Shown here: one piece after another, positions 19,230 through 28,528 of the stretch
Numbering within the stretch: position 1 is the first letter of the stretch
How the letters are laid out: the number at the start of each line of letters is the position of its first letter
Source of the DNA: a virus
Taxonomy: Duplodnaviria > Caudoviricetes
IMG/VR virus record: IMGVR_UViG_3300025108_000175
Coordinates: 1 to 35,987 of that record
Length of the DNA: 35,987 nucleotides
Direction: 5' to 3' (one strand)
The notes under the pieces: generated by a model
Told to the model about the DNA's origin: nothing
What the model saw: only the letters and a program-made list of their open reading frames with translations
Database searches by the model: none
Made by a program: the position numbers and the translations under genes

Positions 19230-22200
19230 TATGTTACCTCCTTAAGATTAGTTAGGCTTTCATTCGGGAGTCTAACCATCTCCAATTCGGTGAGGAACCC
19301 TTGTGATGGGTTGAGCCGGTGTTTAAAGCCTGTTAATTGGTACACGCCACTAAGCCAATGAAGTGACCCGTTGGCTAATCGAGGGTCATAATATTTAAAA
19401 CATATTCGTCTGCTTAGGTACTCTGATGCAGGGTCATCAATTTCAGGTATACCCAAAGTGGTTAATTTTATGGTAAATGCTTCTTGTTGCATCGCGACAG
19501 AATAGTTGTACGCCACGTCAGTTATCTTTCGCGATTGTTCTACTTTAGATATTCGACTTCTCATACTATCTAAATCTATTCGTTGTCGTAATAACCGAAC
19601 AGGTTTATCTTCCCTCACGATTCCATTTGCCGTAACTTTAATTGCCGGGGTAGTCATGTTATTAGTTTGTCCATCCACCCCATAAACATCAGGATAAAGC
19701 GTATGCAATATTTTTGGGTTGGACACAAGACTTGCTAATTTTCTTAATTCTAAGGCACTATTTTCAGTAACAACCTCTAATTCAGATAATTCATCCTCAC
19801 CAGTTTTAGGGTCTACTTGGTACGAGGATAATAATTCTGGTAGTAGTTCGAGAAGCTCTACATTAATCTCCATATTAGACTGGTTATGTGCTATTTTTTG
19901 TAACCTTTGCAGCTCTTCCTTTTGCTGTAGTTGCGCTTCTACGGATTGGGTATCATCAATATTAGCTATTTTGTCGGCCAAGATATTAGAAATGGTATTG
20001 GAAATTAACTCATTGGAAATAGTTTCGTTCCCGTCAAAAAGTTGCCTTACGTCATTCCACTGTCTCACGCTGTAATTACTTTGTGCTAGGTTAACAAGCA
20101 CACGAGTATCCCCCGTAAACTCTACGTTCGCTACGATAGAATCCGGGGTTCCATAATCCAACCAACAATACTTAGGTCCCGTACCTCTATTAGTTTGTGG
20201 GAAAGACAAAATAGGTCTTATTACGCTATCGGAATATTGAGATATAATACTATCTCCAGGCATTAGGAGAAGAAGACAGTTATTATTGTTTGCCCACGTT
20301 TCCTCCCAAGTAATACCATTAAAAAGAGCAGAATTCTCTTGCAAGTTCTTTTTGTCGGCGGGAGTAAGGGCATTAACCTGCACTTGCACTACCCTCATTT
20401 TAGAACTCTTTCCTATTAACAATCTATTGAGGTTATTGAGAATAGATTGTAGGAACGCGCTGATATGAGGGTTCTCACCGTCATCGCCCATACTTACATA
20501 CGCATTTGAAAATCTATCAATAAATTTACGGAATCTAGTTGCTTCGCCAGGTTTGGGTCTTTCGGAAATAAACTGAGTGATTCCGGAAAAAGTTTTTTTG
20601 GCTGACTTTGCAAGTTCTTCCAACCCTTTGCGCAGGTCCTCTTGCTGCTTCTGTTTGTTCTCATCGTAATTTTGTATATTAAGGAGAATCCATAGTGCAG
20701 TTTCGGCGGTAGGCTCTAAATTTACTAGCAAAGGGTTAATAGCAAGTTTATGGAGCGGGAGGGGGTCAAACCGGTAACTGTTCTGGTATACCTCATTAGC
20801 GTACCAAGCCCAATCCTGAATTGGGCTTTCAGGAAAAGTTTCCCAGTAAGCATAAGGTTGCCACATTCCACTCTCAACGTCGATAAGCGGCGCGAGTTCG
20901 CCGGTAAAGGTTCCAGCTACCGATGGACCTACAACATTATTTTGTTCCCCAAATAAGGGTACTGTAGAAAAGGCACTTTGTTGGGTGTGAGCTGGATAAA
21001 CTACGATAGGGAAACTAACCGGGATGGGCTGAAGAGAACTGTCACCTGTGCCTAGGGCTAACGCGTTCTTTGCATCTATTACGGACTCTGCAAAGAAATA
21101 TGATTGTAGTTTCTCAACAGTAAACGAGAATTTAAAAGAATCGTCGGGGCTGAACTCTTCGGGGTCCGCTAAAGCGAAGCCGGGGAAGTCCTCGGTATTT
21201 TGGGGGTTCACCATCCCTGCATTAAGCCATATACGCCACTCCGGGTGGGCGGCTTTTTCTTCAGTAGTAAGAGGTCTTATTTGCTCACCGGTTCCTATGA
21301 CCCTGGCGCTGGTGGCGTAGGTTCTCTTAAGACCCATCGGCCAAAAACTTAATCTTTTTTGACCATCCAGCTCGGGGTCCGTCGATTGAACCTTAGTATA
21401 CTTGGGCTCAAATGAAGGCTCCAACCATTCCGTTTGAATGTTAACCTTTAGATTATTAATATTGGAAGCCGAATTGGCTTCGTCTTCAAGACCCTTGCCA
21501 GGGTCAACATTAGAACCAGTTGTCTGGTTAGGCGATAAAACGCCAGTTACAGGTTCTGGAGCACCGACCGGGTTCATCTCCCACTTTAAGCCGATTGACT
21601 CAAAAACCATCTTAAAAGCTTGGTACAAGATTTGGGGAGTTACGGTTCCATCAACACCACGGTCTATATTTTTAGCGGTGATAAGAGGACGGTCCAGCAA
21701 GTCCTCGAACGCTTTTACCTCTTCTTCAGTTAATCCCTCGGCTGTTACTACGTCGCTCTCAGTAACTTCAAGACCCTCCTCTTTAAGGGCAGCGTTCCGG
21801 TCAGATATAGCATCGCTTTCCCCTAACGCCTTGGCGACTGAATATACGAGGTTATCAATACTATCAGTGTAAGACCCCAAGTCCACAATAGGAACGCATT
21901 CAGGGTAAGTGCTTGTATAGAGGGCAAATATCTCGGTTAAAATTTCGGAAGGTTTCCTAAGCGATAATTGACCGTCTACCTCATCGGAAACTGGTACTCT
22001 TGCGATGTACGGGCGTCTGTTAAAATCCGGATTTTGTTTAGAGTAAGAGAATAGGTCAACCGCATGAAGCTCAATTACCCTATCTTCTTTGTCCGATACA
22101 TAATATTTAATATCGAAAATTTTAGCCTTGTGAATTCTTGACAGTCCCGTATCGGCCTCGGTGCCGTACCCAAACCTTAAGTATATGGAGGGAAGTGCGG

Positions 22201-22600
22201 GAGGAGAGTCATTAGCTAAAAGCTCTTTGTCTAGGTCACCGACAACGTCAAGCATTCTCGCTTCCTGTTCAGCGGCTGTTTTAAACTGCTTAAACGTAGA
22301 CATGGTAGAAGGGAATACCTCGTCGTAAAAACCCAACAAAAGTACCTCTAGCTCCGAGGTCGGGTTTAGGATTCGAATACGATAGGATTGCTTACCTGAG
22401 CTCTGAGAGAAGTCCACCTCAAAGGACTCAAGCATACCCCTCAAATTAAATGGGTCTGATAGACCATAAAAACCGTTTCTTAACGTGGTATCCGAACTTA
22501 GCCTAGAACCGCCTTCGTCTGTGGACAGGAGGTCATCCCGGTTAAGCGACATGTAAACTGCCGCAACCTCGTTAGCATTGTACGCGGCTGTCTTTGTCAT
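19229..22600 (-). CDS. Baseplate hub protein (gp27/GpD/VgrG-like), very large (1123 aa)
   Basis: N-terminal IYLRFGYG; C-terminal IKLTTLGIPEI...WLSGVYQLTGFKHRLNPSQGFLTELEMVR; canonical position between the gp53/LysM-like gene and the spike. Confidence 0.72.
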   Translation of the reverse strand: MTKTAAYNANEVAAVYMSLNRDDLLSTDEGGSRLSSDTTLRNGFYGLSDPFNLRGMLESFEVDFSQSSGKQSYRIRILNPTSELEVLLLGFYDEVFPSTMSTFKQFKTAAEQEARMLDVVGDLDKELLANDSPPALPSIYLRFGYGTEADTGLSRIHKAKIFDIKYYVSDKEDRVIELHAVDLFSYSKQNPDFNRRPYIARVPVSDEVDGQLSLRKPSEILTEIFALYTSTYPECVPIVDLGSYTDSIDNLVYSVAKALGESDAISDRNAALKEEGLEVTESDVVTAEGLTEEEVKAFEDLLDRPLITAKNIDRGVDGTVTPQILYQAFKMVFESIGLKWEMNPVGAPEPVTGVLSPNQTTGSNVDPGKGLEDEANSASNINNLKVNIQTEWLEPSFEPKYTKVQSTDPELDGQKRLSFWPMGLKRTYATSARVIGTGEQIRPLTTEEKAAHPEWRIWLNAGMVNPQNTEDFPGFALADPEEFSPDDSFKFSFTVEKLQSYFFAESVIDAKNALALGTGDSSLQPIPVSFPIVVYPAHTQQSAFSTVPLFGEQNNVVGPSVAGTFTGELAPLIDVESGMWQPYAYWETFPESPIQDWAWYANEVYQNSYRFDPLPLHKLAINPLLVNLEPTAETALWILLNIQNYDENKQKQQEDLRKGLEELAKSAKKTFSGITQFISERPKPGEATRFRKFIDRFSNAYVSMGDDGENPHISAFLQSILNNLNRLLIGKSSKMRVVQVQVNALTPADKKNLQENSALFNGITWEETWANNNNCLLLLMPGDSIISQYSDSVIRPILSFPQTNRGTGPKYCWLDYGTPDSIVANVEFTGDTRVLVNLAQSNYSVRQWNDVRQLFDGNETISNELISNTISNILADKIANIDDTQSVEAQLQQKEELQRLQKIAHNQSNMEINVELLELLPELLSSYQVDPKTGEDELSELEVVTENSALELRKLASLVSNPKILHTLYPDVYGVDGQTNNMTTPAIKVTANGIVREDKPVRLLRQRIDLDSMRSRISKVEQSRKITDVAYNYSVAMQQEAFTIKLTTLGIPEIDDPASEYLSRRICFKYYDPRLANGSLHWLSGVYQLTGFKHRLNPSQGFLTELEMVRLPNESLTNLKEVT

Positions 22601-22601
22601 T

Positions 22602-22901
22602 TTAAAGTATTGGGATAATTATTTGGGTACCTGCTTTTAGGTCTTCTTCGTAATCATATACGTTGTTTGCTTCTACGATAACCCACCACAAAAGCTCGTT
22701 ACCGTATGCCGCATAAGCCAGCAAATCAGGACGACCTTCCATATTGTTAGGAACAACCGCAACCTTAGATTGGTTAGGCTCTTGTATTGAAGTTATAAAA
22801 CTTCTATACTTTTTAGACATTCCTATATCTGTTATAGTCTTTCCTCTATGGGAAATAACTGTTCCTTGAAAAATATTTTGTCTATCTCCGTTTAATGCCA
22901 T
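22602..22901 (-). CDS. Baseplate gp53 / tail X / LysM-like protein
   Basis: EGRPDLLAYAAYGNELLWWVIVEANNVYD...LKAGTQIIIP. Confidence 0.88.
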   Translation of the reverse strand: MALNGDRQNIFQGTVISHRGKTITDIGMSKKYRSFITSIQEPNQSKVAVVPNNMEGRPDLLAYAAYGNELLWWVIVEANNVYDYEEDLKAGTQIIIPIL

Positions 22902-22905
22902 TGGT

Positions 22906-23985
22906 TTACCTGACCGTATTGTTAGGGGTTATGGGACTTCTAGGAAGGTCTGTAGGAACAGGGTCAATGTTACCGAGACGGGCAATAGAGTCCCATCCTG
23001 GAAGGTCCCCTCCAATCTCGGGATTACCCCATAAATTTCCGTTAACATTTCTCATCTCCTCAAGGCTGAGGGATACCTTTAGACGCTGCGCGGTTAATGA
23101 CTTTGTGTCGTATCCCGCATTCTCAATTGGCTGTATTTTATAATCTGTTACAATACAAGGGGTGTAGTTATACATGGTGCCCCACTTTAATTCGACAATA
23201 GGAGGACCTTTTACGGGCATCTGTTGAGTACCTATAACGGCGCTTCTAATGTTGTTTATAACTTTTTGCATTATTTTATGGTGATTAACCCACTGTGGTG
23301 TAGTTCGCATCACCCACATTAACGCGAAATTCCAGTAATTGGGGCGTGGAGAAGGTTGTTCTGGGTTTTTCCACCAGTTGTTCGGACCCCAAGGACCCTC
23401 CGAGGAATGTCCTCGCTCGTGAGCTTTTCTGGTTAAGTCAGAATCAGATTCCGCTCCCGCTGTAGAGCCGGTATCTCTCTCCAAAGTATCTTGTAGATAC
23501 TTGGTAACGGCTAGGGTATCGTTGTAGATATCCATTCGTCCAGTGTTAATAGCAAACATTTCAGTCAAATCTTGCTGCCCAATCATTGAAGCCATATGTA
23601 TAAGACTATAATGAATATCTATCTTGATTTTTCTTGCTTCACTTCCTGTGTAAAGTCTAACGGGCTCATTTCGTAAAAGTATTTTCTTACTTGCGTAATT
23701 CGCCTTTCTAGATTCCGTTATCATGGGGTTTTCGAAGAACGGAATCCACACTCTTCTTGTTTGCTGGTAATTATAATCATTTACCGCAGGGTTCGGGTCC
23801 CCGTGAACAGGAGCATAATTAAAACGAAGTCCTGCCCGTCTCTCAATAGCTTGATTCAACTGAAATCTATCTATAGGATTAAGCTTGGCATTTATCTGCC
23901 CCGTATCTTTACTTGAAGTGCTATACGATTGAGAGAAATCGCTATCACTTTGCACCATCGCGTTTACAAAATCAGTTTGGTTCAT
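22906..23985 (-). CDS. Tail tube initiator / baseplate tube-like protein (CIS tube or gp48-like)
   Basis: ITESRKANY...RNEPVRLYTGSEARKIKI and GPPIVELKWGTMYNYTPCIVTDYKI...VSLSLEE; lies between tape measure and gp53-like genes. ATG 23985 preferred over TTG 23991. Confidence 0.72.
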   Translation of the reverse strand: MNQTDFVNAMVQSDSDFSQSYSTSSKDTGQINAKLNPIDRFQLNQAIERRAGLRFNYAPVHGDPNPAVNDYNYQQTRRVWIPFFENPMITESRKANYASKKILLRNEPVRLYTGSEARKIKIDIHYSLIHMASMIGQQDLTEMFAINTGRMDIYNDTLAVTKYLQDTLERDTGSTAGAESDSDLTRKAHERGHSSEGPWGPNNWWKNPEQPSPRPNYWNFALMWVMRTTPQWVNHHKIMQKVINNIRSAVIGTQQMPVKGPPIVELKWGTMYNYTPCIVTDYKIQPIENAGYDTKSLTAQRLKVSLSLEEMRNVNGNLWGNPEIGGDLPGWDSIARLGNIDPVPTDLPRSPITPNNTVR

Positions 23986-23987
23986 GC

Positions 23988-25868
23988 TCAATATGCCATC
24001 CTCCCGGCTCTAATTCGTGTGTGTCCCCCGTCATCAGACATAATTTTAAGTTGGTCTTCATTCAGATTGTTACTTTCTTTATTAGACTCTAGAATTTCTC
24101 TTAATACAGTGGTATTTTCCTGCAAAGCATTTGTTACGGAACCGAGTGCTTGCTGACCGGCATCAGACATACCGAAGTCCATTGATTTGGCTCTTTGCTC
24201 TGCTTGTGCAACCATGGGGGCAGTCTCCTCGGACATGGAAGCTGCGAAGGTGCCTCCTGCCGAGTCTGCTACTTTTCCGGTCGGGCTGTTTGCTACGTCT
24301 CTGGCTATAAGACCCGCATCGATGCCTACGGAAGCAGCCGTCCCTAATCCTGGCATTGTACTTGCGACACCTGAAGCAAGCTCCATAGCCGCCCCCGTCC
24401 AGTCCCCTTTCACGGCTCTACTAACTGCGTAGCCCGCGCCAGCAATTGCGCCGATAATAGGTATCTTTTTGACCAACCCTTTAAAGAATCCTTTTTGGAT
24501 AGCTACAGCACTACCTTTTTTAACAGCGCCTTTAGCCGCTGCGCCATGAATAGTTTTGCCAGAGGTTTTCATTACCGCACTTTTTACCCCAAAAATTTTG
24601 TTGGCGAGAACAACTCCCAATCCACTAAGCCCCCTCCCTAGACCTTTGCCGAGCCATTTAATGGGGGTCCAAAATACCCTTCCGAGACTTTTGAGTCCTA
24701 GAAGACCCACCAGGGAAACAATCCCGCCTAAAATAGGGACAAGGTAGTTCCCTAGTGTCGGATTGAAACCATCAATTTTAGTGAGTATTTCGTTCAGTTT
24801 TGTCGTAGTGTTTCCGACTCCCTCCGATATGTTTGTTTGGAGGGACTCTGTTCTGTTCCAGAAAGTCTGTTGTGCGTTTATGCTAGCGCTCTCCTGAGCT
24901 AATTGTTTAATATTACCTTCCTTTAGAGCATGAATACTTGTTCCTATCTGCGTTTGAAGGTTGAAGTCCTCTCTACTTAAACCAAGGGACCTCTCCATGG
25001 CATCAAAGAAGAATTGAGAACCTGCTCCTTGTTTACCAGCCTGTAGACCCTGTATCTTACCAAGGATGGTTTCGAATTTACGAGCCATCTCAGCAGTACT
25101 TTCTTTGCCAGTGAATTGAACACCTAGCTTGGCAGCTTTCATATACCCATCACTACCTGCTAAGAACGATTTAACGAATTTAGCGGACGACTCTTGTAGC
25201 TCAGAGTTACCTTGCGACATCATAGCTGCTATTTTCTGAGCATTCATAGCTGCTTTCGGACCTAGCTCCACAGCAGTGTCTATCATCGCATCCTTCATAC
25301 TATTGATGGCGCCGATGAGACCGGATATAGAGTCCTTGTTCTCGATGGCAGTTGTGATTAAATCTTGGGCAAGACCAAGGGAGGCTTCTTCCGCTAAACC
25401 GAGTGCCTGGGTATTAACCCGCATTAATTGAAAAGAAGTTCTGTTCTGAATACCAAGAACCTTCAATTGTGTGCCAAACCGTAGAGTTTGGTCGGAAAAC
25501 CGTGTCATTCCCATGTCTACGGCGTCTTTAAACACCTTGACCATTTGCTCTGCGCCTTGCTGACCTCTGAGGAATCGGCCAGTAGCCTCAGAAATACCTT
25601 TCGCGGCGTCTCCAGTCTGCCCCAAAGCGGTCGCTAAACCTTGATTCATCTGAAGCTGCTTTCCTATCATGGATTTCAGACTGAGCATGCCCTGGTGGAG
25701 CCCCACTAAAGCTAACCCATTATCTCTGATAGCCCGGGTGTTTTTCTTGAAATTTGTGTTTCGCCTAGCTTCCGCCTCTTCCGTTTTGCCACCACGTTTA
25801 TCACTTGCAATCTGTGAAAGCAAGTCTATAATTTTCTGCTGTGCGGGGTCGATTTTTTCTTCAGACAT
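23988..25868 (-). CDS. Tape measure protein (T4 gp29-like position and size)
   Basis: Ala/Gly/Gln-rich helical protein with hydrophobic segment YLVPILGGIVSLVGLLGL and motif KKIPIIGAIAGAGYAVSRAVKGDWTGAAMELASG; first gene of the baseplate block. Confidence 0.75.
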   Translation of the reverse strand: MSEEKIDPAQQKIIDLLSQIASDKRGGKTEEAEARRNTNFKKNTRAIRDNGLALVGLHQGMLSLKSMIGKQLQMNQGLATALGQTGDAAKGISEATGRFLRGQQGAEQMVKVFKDAVDMGMTRFSDQTLRFGTQLKVLGIQNRTSFQLMRVNTQALGLAEEASLGLAQDLITTAIENKDSISGLIGAINSMKDAMIDTAVELGPKAAMNAQKIAAMMSQGNSELQESSAKFVKSFLAGSDGYMKAAKLGVQFTGKESTAEMARKFETILGKIQGLQAGKQGAGSQFFFDAMERSLGLSREDFNLQTQIGTSIHALKEGNIKQLAQESASINAQQTFWNRTESLQTNISEGVGNTTTKLNEILTKIDGFNPTLGNYLVPILGGIVSLVGLLGLKSLGRVFWTPIKWLGKGLGRGLSGLGVVLANKIFGVKSAVMKTSGKTIHGAAAKGAVKKGSAVAIQKGFFKGLVKKIPIIGAIAGAGYAVSRAVKGDWTGAAMELASGVASTMPGLGTAASVGIDAGLIARDVANSPTGKVADSAGGTFAASMSEETAPMVAQAEQRAKSMDFGMSDAGQQALGSVTNALQENTTVLREILESNKESNNLNEDQLKIMSDDGGHTRIRAGRMAY

Positions 25869-25869
25869 A

Positions 25870-26256
25870 TTAAATCTCTACTTTATGTAGGGCTCGTACC
25901 TTATTTACGTTATACGTCCTGACACAACACGAGGGATGACGCTTGGAAGCAGCTTTAATGTCGTTGTACGAAACAGAACCGACAGGTAGTCCACCGAACT
26001 CCTTAATAAGTTCCTGACGAATATCTTTAGGAAAAGTGTTTAGGTTGACCCCGGTAAAATAAGAGCCTCCTTTTTTGGCAATCCATTTTGGAGAAATCAT
26101 AATAATTAGGGGGTTAAGGTCAGTAGCACTCTTGGACCTGTAGTAGAAGGAAAATAAACAGCCTTTAGCTACCCTTTTCGAATGTTTTTCCGCCTGTTCC
26201 TTTGTCGGAAGCTTCCGGGTCGTACCCAAATATTTAGTTTTTAAAATTTTTACCAT
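25870..26256 (-). CDS. DNA end protector protein, T4 gp2-like
   Basis: GCLFSFYY...DLNPLII...FTGVNLNTFP...CCVRTY resembles the gp2 pattern. Start moved to ATG 26256 to avoid overlapping the divergent gene and the AT-rich promoter region. Confidence 0.6.
   Translation of the reverse strand: MVKILKTKYLGTTRKLPTKEQAEKHSKRVAKGCLFSFYYRSKSATDLNPLIIMISPKWIAKKGGSYFTGVNLNTFPKDIRQELIKEFGGLPVGSVSYNDIKAASKRHPSCCVRTYNVNKVRALHKVEI
25884..25890 (-). promoter_or_regulatory. Putative late promoter CTACATA
   Basis: CTACATAaagtagagatttaatATG before the tape measure gene. Confidence 0.45.
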
Positions 26257-26310
26257 TTTATGTGTCAGAACTGGTTCAAGTTTCTCTATATTATATATAA
26301 AATATAAATT

Positions 26311-26622
26311 ATGGATGATTCTATACGTCTTAGCGAATTCATGGAACAAATAAATTACTGTTTATCTCTAAAGTTTAAAGAAGCATGGAGATACAGGTTT
26401 TCTACACACTTTATTGAAATATTTCAAGAAAAAGTTTTAAAATCTTTAGAAACACAAAGACCATTAAAGTTATCTACCCTTGTATCAGCATATACAAAAA
26501 AGCATAAGTACAGTATCCAGGAAGTAAGAAACTTCTTTGAATCGGTCAGCATAGAGGATTATTATCCTCTTATATATGAAGACCCCAAGTATTTCGTAAT
26601 GAAAGAAGAAGCTGATTCTTAA
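26311..26622 (+). CDS. Hypothetical protein (103 aa)
   Basis: ATG follows an AT-only promoter-like tract; fills the gap between two minus-strand genes. Confidence 0.65.
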   Translation: MDDSIRLSEFMEQINYCLSLKFKEAWRYRFSTHFIEIFQEKVLKSLETQRPLKLSTLVSAYTKKHKYSIQEVRNFFESVSIEDYYPLIYEDPKYFVMKEEADS

Positions 26623-26638
26623 TACTTAACTAAGTATT
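26621..26638. terminator. Inverted repeat between convergent genes (weak terminator or binding site)
   Basis: AATACTTA-AC-TAAGTATT at the gap between the stops at 26622 and 26652; AT-rich stem, no clear U-tract. Confidence 0.3.
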
Positions 26639-26651
26639 GAACCTGTTACTT

Positions 26652-27455
26652 TCAGACCTTAGTCCCTAAAGGGACCTTTCTCTTCTTTGCTTTCTTGGAT
26701 TTAACAGCCTCAACATACTCAGTTAAGTGAGTAGTTGGGTTCTGTTTAGGGCACATACCTTTGTACCCACACCAGTCACAATACTGGTTTACCTGTGGGA
26801 AGAAGTCATCCTTTTTTTTCTTCCTAATCTCCCAAATTTTCTGTGTCAGCTTCCTCATGTACATCAAGACATGAGGCTCAGAAAATTTAACATGAACCAA
26901 TTTGTCCATGTGGGGGTAGTAGTGGGCTAAAGTTATTGAAGCAATAGGGACAGTGTACAACACCGACACTGCGTAAGCGTATAAGAGCATTTGAGGGTCG
27001 TTAAATAACTCCCTTTTGGTAGAGGCTCTTTTGCTTGTCTTGTAGTCGATTACAAGATAGCCCCCGTCCTGACTCTTTACGATACGGTCAATAATTCCGT
27101 TTACAGCGTATCCATGCTTAAGTTCAACCGCAAAAGATTGCTCGGTTGAGATTTGTTCACAAGAAGAAAGCGAGTTATTGAATGCAAAGAAGTTGTTAAT
27201 GCACTTCTCAATCTTCACTTCGCGCTCTTTGTCGAAAGTGTAGTTCCGACGTAAGACCTTCGCAATCTCATTAAGTTCTTCCGCTGATGTACTTGCTACA
27301 CCGTCTTCAAAAATCTTGTGAATGTAAGAACCAAATTGCAGAGCATCGGTATTGGTAGACTTCTCAGGCAAGTAATCGACGTACTTAAATTTGTACTTCA
27401 GCTTGCATTCGTCGTAAACCTTTATCTTACTTGGGGAGACTTTGTTTATAAACAT
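26652..27455 (-). CDS. PD-(D/E)XK exonuclease, RecB/AddB/Cas4-like with 4-Cys Fe-S staple
   Basis: SPSKI..YDECKLKY, FGSYIHKIFE, NGIIDRI, VIDYKTS, QMLLYA and C-terminal CDWCGYKGMCP. Confidence 0.9.
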   Translation of the reverse strand: MFINKVSPSKIKVYDECKLKYKFKYVDYLPEKSTNTDALQFGSYIHKIFEDGVASTSAEELNEIAKVLRRNYTFDKEREVKIEKCINNFFAFNNSLSSCEQISTEQSFAVELKHGYAVNGIIDRIVKSQDGGYLVIDYKTSKRASTKRELFNDPQMLLYAYAVSVLYTVPIASITLAHYYPHMDKLVHVKFSEPHVLMYMRKLTQKIWEIRKKKKDDFFPQVNQYCDWCGYKGMCPKQNPTTHLTEYVEAVKSKKAKKRKVPLGTKV

Positions 27456-27541
27456 AATTTTAGGTCTTATTAGTTATTATAGTGTTTTTTTTCCGGTAAT
27501 ATCGGGATTTTTTGGCGTTCGTCGCTGCTATTATATACTTG

Positions 27542-28528
27542 ATGTTCGTCCCAGCCAATATTATTAAGACCTACCTCTCTGAACTCTTCCCTGAGTCCTT
27601 GGAGTCTGGCAGGGAACTACGAATTAACTCCATTTTTACAGACGATAACAAGCAAAAACTGTATGTAAATCTTGATTCGGGGCTATGGACGGATTTCAAA
27701 TCAGGTGAGAAGGGGAATCTGGTTCACCTAGTATCTCATATTGAGAACGTCCCATATCAGTCCGCAAAACATTTTTTAAAACGTAAGGCTTTTGACGCGG
27801 GAGCCGACCTCTTCGACGTATCTACCTTGAACGTAGACAATAAAGCAATCGGGGTCACCCGCACCATTGATAGTGACAGTAAGGAGTGGATGGAGGTAAA
27901 CCCTAAATCTGATATCAACTCCCCAAGTAACCTCAAGCGTCTCGCTTCCAAGTTCGCTATCGAACGAAAACTATCTTCCTTTAAGTTTTACGTTGGACGT
28001 ACAGGTCGATACTTTCAACGTGTTATTATCCCATACTTTACGGAGAAAGGAAATCCTTTTTATTTTCAAGCCAGAACTCTTGTTAACCGAGACCCAAAAT
28101 ACCTGAATCCAAGCAAGGGTCTTTATGGAATCAAGACTTCTGAGATTTTGTATCCGTATGACAAAACTAAGGATTATGTTATTGTTACGGAGGGTCCGTT
28201 GGACGCGATGTCCCTCCGTTCAGCGGGGTACAACGCCACCTGTACGCAGGGCTGTAAGATGTCTACAGTCCAAGCTAAGGAGCTTAAGGGCAAGAAGGTA
28301 ATCCTCGCCTATGATAACGATGAAAGTGGACGAGAGGGCTTCTATGAGGCTCGTAAGAGGATGCTGGCACAAAGGACCACAGACATCTACTCATTAGTTC
28401 CCCCGAAGGAGCATAAAGACTGGAATGATTTTTGGGTAGCCTCTGACCGCAAGGATTTCGGGGGTTATATATACTCAAACATCTTCAAGGCAGATTGGGA
28501 GCTAGACGCTACCTCGCTATTAACTTAA
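27542..28528 (+). CDS. DNA primase (TOPRIM, DnaG/gp61-like)
   Basis: RVIIPYF...FQARTL...PKYLNP, VIVTEGPLDAMSL, ILAYDNDESG and KDWNDF. ATG 27542 preferred over TTG 27512. Confidence 0.92.
   Translation: MFVPANIIKTYLSELFPESLESGRELRINSIFTDDNKQKLYVNLDSGLWTDFKSGEKGNLVHLVSHIENVPYQSAKHFLKRKAFDAGADLFDVSTLNVDNKAIGVTRTIDSDSKEWMEVNPKSDINSPSNLKRLASKFAIERKLSSFKFYVGRTGRYFQRVIIPYFTEKGNPFYFQARTLVNRDPKYLNPSKGLYGIKTSEILYPYDKTKDYVIVTEGPLDAMSLRSAGYNATCTQGCKMSTVQAKELKGKKVILAYDNDESGREGFYEARKRMLAQRTTDIYSLVPPKEHKDWNDFWVASDRKDFGGYIYSNIFKADWELDATSLLT

Noticed and set aside
11749-25868. Bacterial extracellular contractile injection system or tailocin locus
   Set aside because: Linked terminase, portal, primase and helicase genes indicate a DNA-packaging phage.
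218-25890. Many short plus-strand ORFs and alternative-frame minus-strand ORFs in the track
   Set aside because: They are shadows of long, motif-supported minus-strand genes and have no recognisable motifs of their own.
26257-26349. Head-to-head overlap of the gp2-like ORF with the 103-aa ORF
   Set aside because: The extension crosses the AT-only promoter-like tract; ATG 26256 is the more plausible start.
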